64,000 nucleotides of DNA from contig CAZNDZ010000003.1 of NCBI GenBank assembly GCA_964572155.1, positions 138,224-202,223 on the forward strand, in the 5' to 3' direction. The notes under the pieces are model-generated. The model searched no databases. It saw nothing but the letters and a program-made list of their open reading frames with translations, and was not told the origin of the DNA. Positions 29,154-38,486 of this stretch are shown here, one piece after another. The translations under genes and the position numbers were made by a program. How positions within the stretch are numbered: the first letter of the stretch is position 1; every line of letters starts with the position of its first letter. The DNA is from an uncultured Planctomycetales bacterium (GTDB taxonomy: Bacteria > Omnitrophota > Gorgyraeia > Zapsychrales > Fredricksoniimonadaceae).

Positions 29154-31125
29154 GTTTCACACCAGCGTTATACGACCTGCCTTGGGCTGGAAAATGCGAC
29201 TTGATGTTGGATGTAACGGCTTTGCTAACGTAGATGTCATAATGTTCATCTAGGATATTATCTACTTCCCCAAAAACTTCCCATGTGTCTTTGCTGTAAC
29301 TTATTCGCGAATCCAAAACAAAATATGGGTCGGTTTGCGGCAATGCATTGCCGATATCATTGATAGCGAATTGATTGCCAACATAACGACCTTGGAGCAT
29401 CCAATCCAAATGATCGGTTAACCCCACCGCTAAACTCATTGCCCCCTGAAATTGTGGGGCCATGGGGACTTTATTACCTTTATAAACACCGTTACTAAAC
29501 GTAGCATGCTGATATGTATAATTTGTTTTCCATAATAATTTTTTTATCTGCTGCGCTTTAAGCATGGCTTTTAGATCCACCTCTTGTTCATACTCTACCC
29601 CAATGCGGCGGGTTCGATCATAATTACTCGTCGCACCAAAGCCACCACCGCCAGCGGGATCTAAGAAGATTTCATTGCGATTGTCCATGACATACGGCGT
29701 TAGACTAACTTTCAAGACATCATTGAAACGATGTTTGACCCCAGCTTGATATTGCACGCCTTTTTGTTGGTTTAAACTGGTATTTAAACCATTGAACGTA
29801 TCAAACCAATCATCCGTTGTTAAAAAACGAAACGTTTGGCTGACGTTGGCAAATATATTGCTTTGTGGAGCATATTCATATCTCATTCCGCCACTGGCGA
29901 TATGTTTATCGGGGTTTTGTTGTTGATACGTCTTTGTGCCGCTGACTTGATTGAACGTATAGTAGGCCTTATCAAAACGCGTACCTGCCTCCAGAAATAG
30001 ATTATCGACAACTTCATAACTGCCATTGGTATAAACCCCAATCTCATTTTTGGTTATCGTCAAATCATCACTGTTGCCAGCACTGCCATATATCCAATTG
30101 TCATCGGTATAATAATCAACACCTGTTGCTAAATTCAACAGCTTACCGTCGATCAAACGTTCCAGGACATAGCGACCATTGATGCCCCAACTATTAATGT
30201 TGCGCTTGGTGGCATATTCGCCAAAGGAATAAAACACCGCGTAACTATCTCGATTACGAAATGATGCATCGACGATAAAATGACCTAAATCTTCATCAGC
30301 CCACGGATTAAAATCGGTCGTGATCGCAAACATCCGATCCTTGGTCATGGCATAGTCCTCAGGATTGGCGGTACCTTTAGGTCCAAGCGTTGCCAAAGGC
30401 CCATCTTTTAAACCACCGGTTAAACCATATTTATCTTCATGCCAATTTAATTTAAAATCAATCTTAATGGGTTCAATAGGGTTTATACCAAGACGGCCCA
30501 CATAATCGCGGCTACGCAATTGGCTGTTTGCCCTATATCCGTCGGTATCAAACTGCTGTGCGCTAAAATAATAATCCACCTTCGATTGCGCGCCTGAAAA
30601 TTCCTGAGATGTTTTTAAGGTGTCATAACTACCATAGGTTGAGGATAAAACCGCATGATGCCCTGCCTTGCCCTTCTTGGTGATGATATTAATGACCCCG
30701 CCAACGGCATTGTCTCCATATAAAACAGAAGCCCCGCCGCGAATGATTTCAATGCGTTCAATAGAGTCGATGGGAATTTGCAGAAAATCAGGACCAGAAT
30801 TGTCAACAGGATTGATGCGTCGATGATTAACTAGAAGCAAGACATTACGCGTTGCGGTATCACCAAAGCCTCTCATATCTGCGACAACCGTCTTTGGAGA
30901 ACTGTTATCTACAATTGCAATACCCAACTGACCTTTTAACACATCCCCCACACTTTGCGCGTGGCTTTGGGCAATATCTTGACTAGAAATGACCGTTACT
31001 GACGATGGTAAATGAGCAACATCTTGATCGTAACGACTAGCAGTTAAAACAATTTTTTGTAAATCAATGGTTTCTGCAAAAACGGGGGTGGCAAACAACA
31101 ACAAAAAAAGGCATAGTACAGGCAT
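29143..31125 (-). CDS. btuB: TonB-dependent outer-membrane receptor, likely cobalamin transporter BtuB given the upstream B12 riboswitch
   Basis: Signal peptide MPVLCLFLLLFATPVFA; TonB box ETIDLQKIVLTAS; plug domain; C-terminal F; SD GGGAG 5 nt before ATG at 31125. Confidence 0.8.
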   Translation of the reverse strand: MPVLCLFLLLFATPVFAETIDLQKIVLTASRYDQDVAHLPSSVTVISSQDIAQSHAQSVGDVLKGQLGIAIVDNSSPKTVVADMRGFGDTATRNVLLLVNHRRINPVDNSGPDFLQIPIDSIERIEIIRGGASVLYGDNAVGGVINIITKKGKAGHHAVLSSTYGSYDTLKTSQEFSGAQSKVDYYFSAQQFDTDGYRANSQLRSRDYVGRLGINPIEPIKIDFKLNWHEDKYGLTGGLKDGPLATLGPKGTANPEDYAMTKDRMFAITTDFNPWADEDLGHFIVDASFRNRDSYAVFYSFGEYATKRNINSWGINGRYVLERLIDGKLLNLATGVDYYTDDNWIYGSAGNSDDLTITKNEIGVYTNGSYEVVDNLFLEAGTRFDKAYYTFNQVSGTKTYQQQNPDKHIASGGMRYEYAPQSNIFANVSQTFRFLTTDDWFDTFNGLNTSLNQQKGVQYQAGVKHRFNDVLKVSLTPYVMDNRNEIFLDPAGGGGFGATSNYDRTRRIGVEYEQEVDLKAMLKAQQIKKLLWKTNYTYQHATFSNGVYKGNKVPMAPQFQGAMSLAVGLTDHLDWMLQGRYVGNQFAINDIGNALPQTDPYFVLDSRISYSKDTWEVFGEVDNILDEHYDIYVSKAVTSNIKSHFPAQGRSYNAGVKLKF

Positions 31126-31144
31126 GTAAACTCCCATCTCTCGT

Positions 31145-31280
31145 AGGGTTAATTAAAACGACTGCATCAGCGGGCATTCGGACTTGTTCCCTAGAGGGAC
31201 TTACCGTAGCGGGACTGCTCCTGAGTTGCACAGGATTTCCCCATCTGATACTTCAACAACGCTTCATACCCTGCATACAA
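31145..31280 (-). promoter_or_regulatory. Cobalamin (adenosylcobalamin) riboswitch in 5-prime leader of the TonB-dependent receptor gene
   Basis: Minus-strand GGGAAAUCCUGUGCAACUCAGGAGCAGUCCCGCUACGGUAAG matches the conserved core (E. coli btuB leader AGGGAAUCCAGUGCGAAUCUGGAGCUGACGCGCAGCGGUAAGG); downstream AAGUCCGAAUGCCCGCUG resembles the B12 box. Confidence 0.7.
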
Positions 31281-31709
31281 CACCATGCTGTAGGCAACAG
31301 TACTTAGCAATGTACTTCTAAAAAATGGAATGGCTAAAATATAACAATCAGTTAAACCCGCCCACGTGCGCGGGTAAAGCGTTAGAAAAGCACCAAAATT
31401 TGTGACGATAAAAAATATGACAGCGCCCAAAATGCTGCCGCCTAAGACATTAGCCCAACTCTTACGTGACTTTAGAAATGAACCAATCGCGCTAATGGCA
31501 ATCATGCTGCCATAAGTAAAAACCATGGTGTCATGGAAGCCTAAGATTAAGTCAGTGACAAGCATCATACCGACTGGAACCATATATGCCATGCGGCCTT
31601 TTAAATACATGCCGGCAAATAAAGCGATTGCCAGCGTCGCCGTAAATTGCGGTGTATGCACGATGACGCGCGAAAAAATTCCAATGATAACTAAGAGGAT
31701 TGCAAACAT
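31191..31709 (-). CDS. Small polytopic membrane protein, ECF-transporter S-component-like (function uncertain); last about 18 codons overlap the riboswitch
   Basis: 172 aa, 5-6 hydrophobic helices; stop codon TAG lies inside the riboswitch core. Confidence 0.45.
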   Translation of the reverse strand: MFAILLVIIGIFSRVIVHTPQFTATLAIALFAGMYLKGRMAYMVPVGMMLVTDLILGFHDTMVFTYGSMIAISAIGSFLKSRKSWANVLGGSILGAVIFFIVTNFGAFLTLYPRTWAGLTDCYILAIPFFRSTLLSTVAYSMVLYAGYEALLKYQMGKSCATQEQSRYGKSL

Positions 31710-31750
31710 GAGGTTATTCTAATTGCCAACATAAATATGTCAACCGCTAA

Positions 31751-32119
31751 TTATTCTTGAATATAGTCCTGTTTGCCAGAAGCCATAGCAACATCGACCT
31801 TTTTAAGCTCTTTCCCAAGATATGCCGCATGCGCTTTATCAGAAAACCATAACTTGCGATGCCGCTTCTCATAACGAAAGATTTCTTCGAAAATATCAAC
31901 CGACCGCTTACCCCGAAACACTTTTACAATCACGTGACGCTTATCGCAGATAGCAACTTCGATTGTCTTATGCGCATAATCAGGTCGAATCAACACATAA
32001 AACCCTGTTCTATCCCGACGGAAATCCTTAATCGGATCATAAATAGAACAGTCGATGGTCTCACAATGAGGATCCATCGACTGTTTATGCCAAACATAGT
32101 TGACTTTCTTAGCGACCAT
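31751..32119 (-). CDS. Hypothetical protein, co-operonic third gene downstream of higBA
   Basis: 122-aa ORF starting 2 nt after higA stop; basic, no recognisable motif. Confidence 0.4.
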   Translation of the reverse strand: MVAKKVNYVWHKQSMDPHCETIDCSIYDPIKDFRRDRTGFYVLIRPDYAHKTIEVAICDKRHVIVKVFRGKRSVDIFEEIFRYEKRHRKLWFSDKAHAAYLGKELKKVDVAMASGKQDYIQE

Positions 32120-32121
32120 AA

Positions 32122-32469
32122 TTAATTCATGCTTAACTTTAAAGGTTTGATCGTCTTAAGTTCTTTACTAGGATTCTTATGTGCATGCCAAAGGTCATAG
32201 GCTACTTGTCCTTGTATCCAAAACTCAACAGAAGTTTCAAAAAGCCTGCCTAATCGCTGAGCTATTTCTAGGGACAGTGGTTTGCGGGTGTGCACGATAT
32301 CAATAAGATGCTTCCGAGAAATCTTTAGATGAGAAGCCATATCTTGTTGAGTGATGTTATATGGCAACATAAACTCCTCTACTAATATTTCTCCAGGATG
32401 TATTGGAGCTCTATTCTTTGGTAATCGGATGGTATTTCTTAAATTAGTTTTCATTATTCTTCCTTTCAA
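32122..32469 (-). CDS. higA: HigA antitoxin (XRE-family HTH)
   Basis: IHPGEILVEEFMLPYNITQQDMASHLKISRKHLIDIV...FWIQGQVAYDLW matches HigA consensus; ATGA overlap with higB. Confidence 0.8.
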   Translation of the reverse strand: MKGRIMKTNLRNTIRLPKNRAPIHPGEILVEEFMLPYNITQQDMASHLKISRKHLIDIVHTRKPLSLEIAQRLGRLFETSVEFWIQGQVAYDLWHAHKNPSKELKTIKPLKLSMN

Positions 32470-32759
32470 TGATAATCAATGATTTCGACTTCGCTTGGCC
32501 CCAAATCTGTCCAATAGAAACAAATCCTATATTGATCATTGATTCGAATACTATGTTGTCCTTTTCGATCCCCCTTAAGAGCTTCCAACTTGTTGTTTGG
32601 CGGCGATCTTAAATCATTTAGAGTAACAGCATGATCTAACGCATAAAATTTTCTGTACGCAACCCTCCATAAAGAAACAGGCAAACATTTCAAGGCAACT
32701 TTAGTTCGAATGCCGTCATATACAGATTCTGCTGCGCTATTCTTAAAACTTTGTATCAC
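32466..32759 (-). CDS. higB: HigB toxin (RelE/ParE superfamily plasmid maintenance system killer)
   Basis: LKGDRKGQHSIRINDQYRICFYW...VEIIDYH matches HigB consensus. Confidence 0.8.
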   Translation of the reverse strand: MIQSFKNSAAESVYDGIRTKVALKCLPVSLWRVAYRKFYALDHAVTLNDLRSPPNNKLEALKGDRKGQHSIRINDQYRICFYWTDLGPSEVEIIDYH

Positions 32760-32767
32760 AATGATAG

Positions 32768-32795
32768 TGTAACCTAAATGGTTACATTTGTCAAC
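32768..32795 (-). promoter_or_regulatory. higBA promoter with palindromic operator: -35 TTGACA, -10-like TACACT, and 19-bp inverted repeat TGTAACCTAAATGGTTACA overlapping spacer/-10
   Basis: Read directly on minus strand 9-35 nt upstream of higB ATG. Confidence 0.55.
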
Positions 32796-32826
32796 AAAAA
32801 AGCCAGTTATCTTGCGATAACTGGCT
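32792..32826 (-). terminator. Rho-independent terminator of gap (stem GCCAGTTATC/GATAACTGGC, loop TTGC, then T-run on minus strand)
   Basis: Perfect 10-bp stem followed by TTTTTTGTT on the transcribed (minus) strand about 25 nt after gap stop. Confidence 0.7.
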
Positions 32827-32850
32827 TTCTGAAGAACTATTTACGAACGA

Positions 32851-33945
<1,095 letters not shown>

Positions 33946-33986
33946 CTACAATGATATCCATCAACAGCGTTTTGTCAATAGATGAT

Positions 33987-34022
33987 GTTTTTAGACGTTT
34001 TTAGACGCCATTAATGGCGTCT
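33987..34022. repeat. Tandem direct repeat GTTTTTAGAC x2 fused to a 20-bp perfect palindrome AGACGCCATTAATGGCGTCT abutting the stop codon of the GalT-like gene
   Basis: Read directly; located between gap start and upstream operon end. Confidence 0.6.
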
Positions 34023-35021
34023 CTACGCTTCCCTTAAAAATTTCGCTGAGGTGTGCGGGTACGTTGGGGTTATATGTAACCCTGTTCCCCATTCAAAACC
34101 AATGCTGCGGGTTAATTTGGGGATAATTTCAATATGCCAATGATAACATTTTGGCTTGGAATACTTGACCGGCGCCGTATGGATAAAGAAATTATACGAC
34201 GGGTTCGATAATGCTTTGCGCATGCGCTTTAATACATCCAACAAATGCGCCGATAAATCTCCTAACATCTCAACTTGCATATCAGCAAATGATGCCATAT
34301 GGGATTTGGGCACAATCCACGTTTCAAAAGCATACCGTGGTGCATACGGACAAAAAGCTAAATATGAATTGTTCTCGGCCACAATGCGCTCGCGGTCCTT
34401 ATATTCTTGTTCTAAGACATCACAAAAGACGCAACGTTGATTAGCTTCATAATATTGATGACTGCCGCGCAATTCTTCATTAACAGCTTTTGGCACCATG
34501 GGCAGCGCAATGATTTGGCTATGCGCATGCTCGACGGTCGCACCAGCAGACGCCCCAAAATTTTTAAAGACACTCACATATTGCACACGCTCATCAAGAG
34601 ACAAGGCTTTGCTGCGGCTTAAGAATTGTTGCAACACAAAACCCATTTCCTCGACGCTTAAATCTGCTAAATTCTTTTGATGATCAGCTGTCTCAATGAC
34701 GACCTCATGCGCGCCAACACCCCCCATGACATCAAACATGCCATAAGCTTCCTTATCAACATCACCTTCTGTTGTAAGCGCTGGAAATTTATTTGGCACC
34801 GTGCGCACCAACCAACCCGAAGAATTAGGTTCACTTGCTTTCGGACGCAAGGCATCTACTTCTGGTGGCGTAAAATGTTCTTTACCTGGGCAAAATTGAC
34901 AGGTGTTCTTATGACCTGGGAGATTATTGGTTTCCTTAATAAAATCCCCTGGACCTTTTTGATGGTCGCTATCAATGATGACCCAACGGCCGACAATAGG
35001 ATCTCGACGTAATTCAGCCAT
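34023..35021 (-). CDS. Galactose-1-phosphate uridylyltransferase-family (GalT-type HIT) hexose-1-phosphate nucleotidyltransferase, catalytic motif intact
   Basis: 332 aa; Zn site CQFCPG; active-site HAHSQ (HxHxQ); C-terminal HWHIEIIP. Confidence 0.75.
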   Translation of the reverse strand: MAELRRDPIVGRWVIIDSDHQKGPGDFIKETNNLPGHKNTCQFCPGKEHFTPPEVDALRPKASEPNSSGWLVRTVPNKFPALTTEGDVDKEAYGMFDVMGGVGAHEVVIETADHQKNLADLSVEEMGFVLQQFLSRSKALSLDERVQYVSVFKNFGASAGATVEHAHSQIIALPMVPKAVNEELRGSHQYYEANQRCVFCDVLEQEYKDRERIVAENNSYLAFCPYAPRYAFETWIVPKSHMASFADMQVEMLGDLSAHLLDVLKRMRKALSNPSYNFFIHTAPVKYSKPKCYHWHIEIIPKLTRSIGFEWGTGLHITPTYPHTSAKFLREA

Positions 35022-35989
35022 TAAATGTTTACCTCCCGTAAGAACTTTGCTGTCATTTCTGGAGGGATAGGATTAATATAAAAACCTGTGCCTCGCTCAA
35101 AACCTGCAGTGCGGGTTAAGCGGGGCAATAATTCAATATGCCATGAATAACACTCAGGCATATCTAAATCAAATGGCGCACTTTGAATGACATAGTTATA
35201 TGCCGGGTCATTCAAACCGATTTTATATTTTAAGAATAAATTTTTCATCACGATCGCTAATTCCGTCTCCAACCCTTCTATCCCATGGACATAATCGTAA
35301 TATTGACGCTTTTCTTTAGGCATGATCCATACTTCAAAAGGAAAGCGTGCGGCAAAAGGACAAAAGGCAATGAAATTCTCCGTCTCTAAAACAATGCGCT
35401 CTTTTTCTTTAAGCTCCTGACGAACTAAGTCATAAAAAAGTGAGCGCTCATGAAAGTTAAAGTACAATTTAGCGCCATTGATCTTATCTTGCACACGCAT
35501 GGGCAAGACAGGAATGGCCATGATTTGAGAACGAGCATGTCCAATGTTGCGACTTCCTGCAGCAACGCCATAATTCTTATACGCTAAGACATACTTAATT
35601 GATTTATCTTGATGATGATGCCACATGCGTAGCGCATACGTCTTAAAAACAGCACGAATTTGTTCGACGGGTAAATCTGCTAAATTGGCAATATGCTCAG
35701 GAGTCTCAATGACCACCTCGTGGCTGCCATGCGAATGACATGATTGATATAAACCATCCTGTCTTACTGTTACTGATTGAGTCTCAGAAAAGATAGGCGT
35801 ACCGCTTTTGACAACGCGCACATTTTCATGTGCTAATAATAGTGTGGATTGGGTGTCGTGACAAAATGGGCACCCTTCTTTTTGAGTAACTGCTGGTGAT
35901 GGATCAACAAACGCCGCTGGACGACGAGCACGTTCTGTGGCAATGATGACCCATCGACTAACGATTGGATCTTTGCGTAATTGAGGCAT
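35021..35989 (-). CDS. GalT-type HIT family paralog with nucleophilic His replaced by Arg (GHARSQ), probably non-canonical or inactive
   Basis: 322 aa; CPFCHD Zn site; aligned motif HARSQ versus HAHSQ in downstream paralog; Arg codon ACG(rc CGT) at 35531-35533. Confidence 0.7.
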   Translation of the reverse strand: MPQLRKDPIVSRWVIIATERARRPAAFVDPSPAVTQKEGCPFCHDTQSTLLLAHENVRVVKSGTPIFSETQSVTVRQDGLYQSCHSHGSHEVVIETPEHIANLADLPVEQIRAVFKTYALRMWHHHQDKSIKYVLAYKNYGVAAGSRNIGHARSQIMAIPVLPMRVQDKINGAKLYFNFHERSLFYDLVRQELKEKERIVLETENFIAFCPFAARFPFEVWIMPKEKRQYYDYVHGIEGLETELAIVMKNLFLKYKIGLNDPAYNYVIQSAPFDLDMPECYSWHIELLPRLTRTAGFERGTGFYINPIPPEMTAKFLREVNI

Positions 35990-36044
35990 TTAAAAATTAT
36001 ATCAAAGGCTTCTTAATTATACAAGTTCTGTTAACATTAATTCA

Positions 36045-37553
36045 ATGCGTTTTTGGTTAAATAAACCCCATTTGCTTGAATATTTCATTATCATTGTTGC
36101 GCTGATCCTATCATTCTCGCCTGCCCTAACAATGATTTATATTTACCATGACGATGTACAATTCTGGCTATCCCCTCCCACACATGACTATTTCCCTAAC
36201 ATTTGTCATTACATCATCTATTTAGGCCGTTATCTAGGCGCACTCATACTATACTTAAACTTTTTCCTGGTTGATACACCTGCTGATTTAAATAGAATAC
36301 ATCTCATAAGCATTGCATTGATCATCACCTGTGCTTTATGTAGTTATAAAATTCTCTTGGACTATTTTAAGAAACCTCTCAATGCCACCCTCGTGGCGTT
36401 GATCATTTTCTCTCTCCCTGCTTTTCAAGCAATAAGTTGCCTCACAATATTATGCTATGTACCCTATGCTATCTTGTGTGCAATTGGCGCTCTCTATGTT
36501 GCCCCAAAAAATTTCTACATAGCTTCTCTTTTAATGTTCATGTCTCATTTGATTTACCCACCCGCCGCGACATTCTATTGGGCCATGGCTACATTCATCC
36601 TTTTCAGAGAAGTAGAACCAAAGGATTTTAGTAAAAAACTACGTGAAATTCTTCTGCCTGGCATCATGGGAATCATGATGTATGCAATAACTTTTAAAAT
36701 TGTTGGTAGTTTCTTACATTATAAATTTGTATCTCATTATCAACCTCAGAACATGACGACAGATGTTTTTTCAAAATTCTCCTGGTTTCTATCGACCATT
36801 CTTCCCCAAGTACTCAATTTATGGAATATCAAAGGAGACAACTTTATTCCTTTGATTCTTGGCATCCTGATCATGGGAGCGGGTACAATGTGGTTAATTC
36901 AACATCGCTCTTGGACTCGTCCTGCGATTATCATATTATTTTTATTCTTATCCTACTTACCTAACTTTTTATCCGCATTAAATATTAATGTGTACCGTTG
37001 CCAAATCGGCTTAACGACATTGTTCGTCTTTATTTTGATATCTAGCTTAAAACAATATTTGCGTTTTATCCCCCCCATAGCCCAATCACATTTCTTTTCG
37101 GTCATACTCTGCGTTGCTTGTGCATGGGGACTTTGGCAAAGTTACAATAATATTGCCCACGCACGCGTTATCCCAAGCCATCAAGAATACATGACCGTAA
37201 GGAATGCCATCAAAGATTCGCTTGGAAAAATGAAAAGCATATACGTGATTATTCCAAGCGCATCATCACAATCTACACCTCACGACGAATTTGTTGGATT
37301 AACATCAAATTATTATGCAGACATGGTTGTATTTGTTAACGCCATTCTCTATGACATTGCTTCAAAAGAAGGATTAAAATGGGTATATATGGATTTTAAC
37401 GAGCAAAATAGTGCGGAAAAAATTGTATTTCAAGATATCAAAGACCCCAAAAAGAACTTTACAGTAAGTTTAGATGTTGTCATTTCCGATGCGCCTCCAA
37501 GGATACAATTGCCAGAAACAGTTATACTGATCGATCTAAGAAAAGAGAAATGA
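36045..37553 (+). CDS. Polytopic membrane protein, possible GT-C-like (YHDD loop motif)
   Basis: 502 aa; about 11 TM helices; hydrophilic C-terminal about 130 aa. Confidence 0.4.
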   Translation: MRFWLNKPHLLEYFIIIVALILSFSPALTMIYIYHDDVQFWLSPPTHDYFPNICHYIIYLGRYLGALILYLNFFLVDTPADLNRIHLISIALIITCALCSYKILLDYFKKPLNATLVALIIFSLPAFQAISCLTILCYVPYAILCAIGALYVAPKNFYIASLLMFMSHLIYPPAATFYWAMATFILFREVEPKDFSKKLREILLPGIMGIMMYAITFKIVGSFLHYKFVSHYQPQNMTTDVFSKFSWFLSTILPQVLNLWNIKGDNFIPLILGILIMGAGTMWLIQHRSWTRPAIIILFLFLSYLPNFLSALNINVYRCQIGLTTLFVFILISSLKQYLRFIPPIAQSHFFSVILCVACAWGLWQSYNNIAHARVIPSHQEYMTVRNAIKDSLGKMKSIYVIIPSASSQSTPHDEFVGLTSNYYADMVVFVNAILYDIASKEGLKWVYMDFNEQNSAEKIVFQDIKDPKKNFTVSLDVVISDAPPRIQLPETVILIDLRKEK

Positions 37554-38486
37554 TCAACGATTAAGTATATCTTTGACTCTCAAGTGATGCCCCGCTACAA
37601 AACTTACCGCAGACATGATTTTTGATGCTTCTAGATGGACTTGTTTAATTAATAATGCGCCTTTGCCACATGCAACAGTAAATCCATTCTTATCAATTTG
37701 CAATACTTCACCTGGTCTACCAGAAGTCAGATCTTCTAGAATAACAGCTTTTAAAATCTTTAAGGTTTTACCATTAAATGAAGTATATGCCCCTGGCCAT
37801 GGTTGAAGGCCCCGCACTTGATTGAAAATGAAACAGGCATCATTCGACCAGTCAATCTTACCCATGCTTTTCGTTAGTTTAGAAGCATAACTACTTTGTG
37901 ATTCAACTTGCGGCGTTAAAGAGTGTTTATTTGCGGTAATATCATTAAGCGTCTGAACCAAAAGCTTTGCTCCTACCTCTGCCATATCATTGCGTAAGAC
38001 CTGAGCATTGGTATCGTCTGTGATACTCATGTGTTCTTGAGAAATGATATCGCCCGCATCCAATGCCAAGGCCATTTTCTGAATGGTGACACCTGTTTTT
38101 TTATCCCCATTTAGAATGGCCCAATTGATTGGCGCTGCCCCACGGTATTTAGGCAAGAGTGAGCCGTGCACATTGATACAAAATATTCTAGGAATATCTA
38201 AAACCTCTTGGGGTAACAATTTTCCATAGGCCACAACAACAAAGATATCTGCCCCCAAAGATTTTAACTGTTCAACAATCAACGGATCTTTTAATGTCGC
38301 TGGCTGTAAACATAAAAGCCCATGAACATCGGCCATGGTCTTAATGGGTGACATGACAATGTTCATGCCCCTGCCTTGACGTGTATCTGGCTGGGTCACA
38401 CACGCCACCACCTGATGCTTGGCATCGAGCAAAAACTTTAAATGTGTTGCAGCAAAATCATCGCTGCCAAAGAATACAATTTTCAT
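37554..38486 (-). CDS. fmt: Methionyl-tRNA formyltransferase
   Basis: MKIVFFGSDDFA, HGSLLPKYRGAAPINWAI signature (formyl transferase SLLP motif). Confidence 0.9.
   Translation of the reverse strand: MKIVFFGSDDFAATHLKFLLDAKHQVVACVTQPDTRQGRGMNIVMSPIKTMADVHGLLCLQPATLKDPLIVEQLKSLGADIFVVVAYGKLLPQEVLDIPRIFCINVHGSLLPKYRGAAPINWAILNGDKKTGVTIQKMALALDAGDIISQEHMSITDDTNAQVLRNDMAEVGAKLLVQTLNDITANKHSLTPQVESQSSYASKLTKSMGKIDWSNDACFIFNQVRGLQPWPGAYTSFNGKTLKILKAVILEDLTSGRPGEVLQIDKNGFTVACGKGALLIKQVHLEASKIMSAVSFVAGHHLRVKDILNR

Noticed and set aside
31191-31250. Possibility that the 172-aa ORF is spurious because it reads through the riboswitch
   Set aside because: The first 150 residues form regular TM helices with membrane-protein composition. 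The overlap only affects the hydrophilic tail, so the gene is retained with lower confidence.
34003-34022. Palindrome as rho-independent terminator of the GalT-like operon
   Set aside because: Hairpin is followed by A-rich not U-rich sequence on the transcribed strand. Kept only as a repeat/regulatory candidate.
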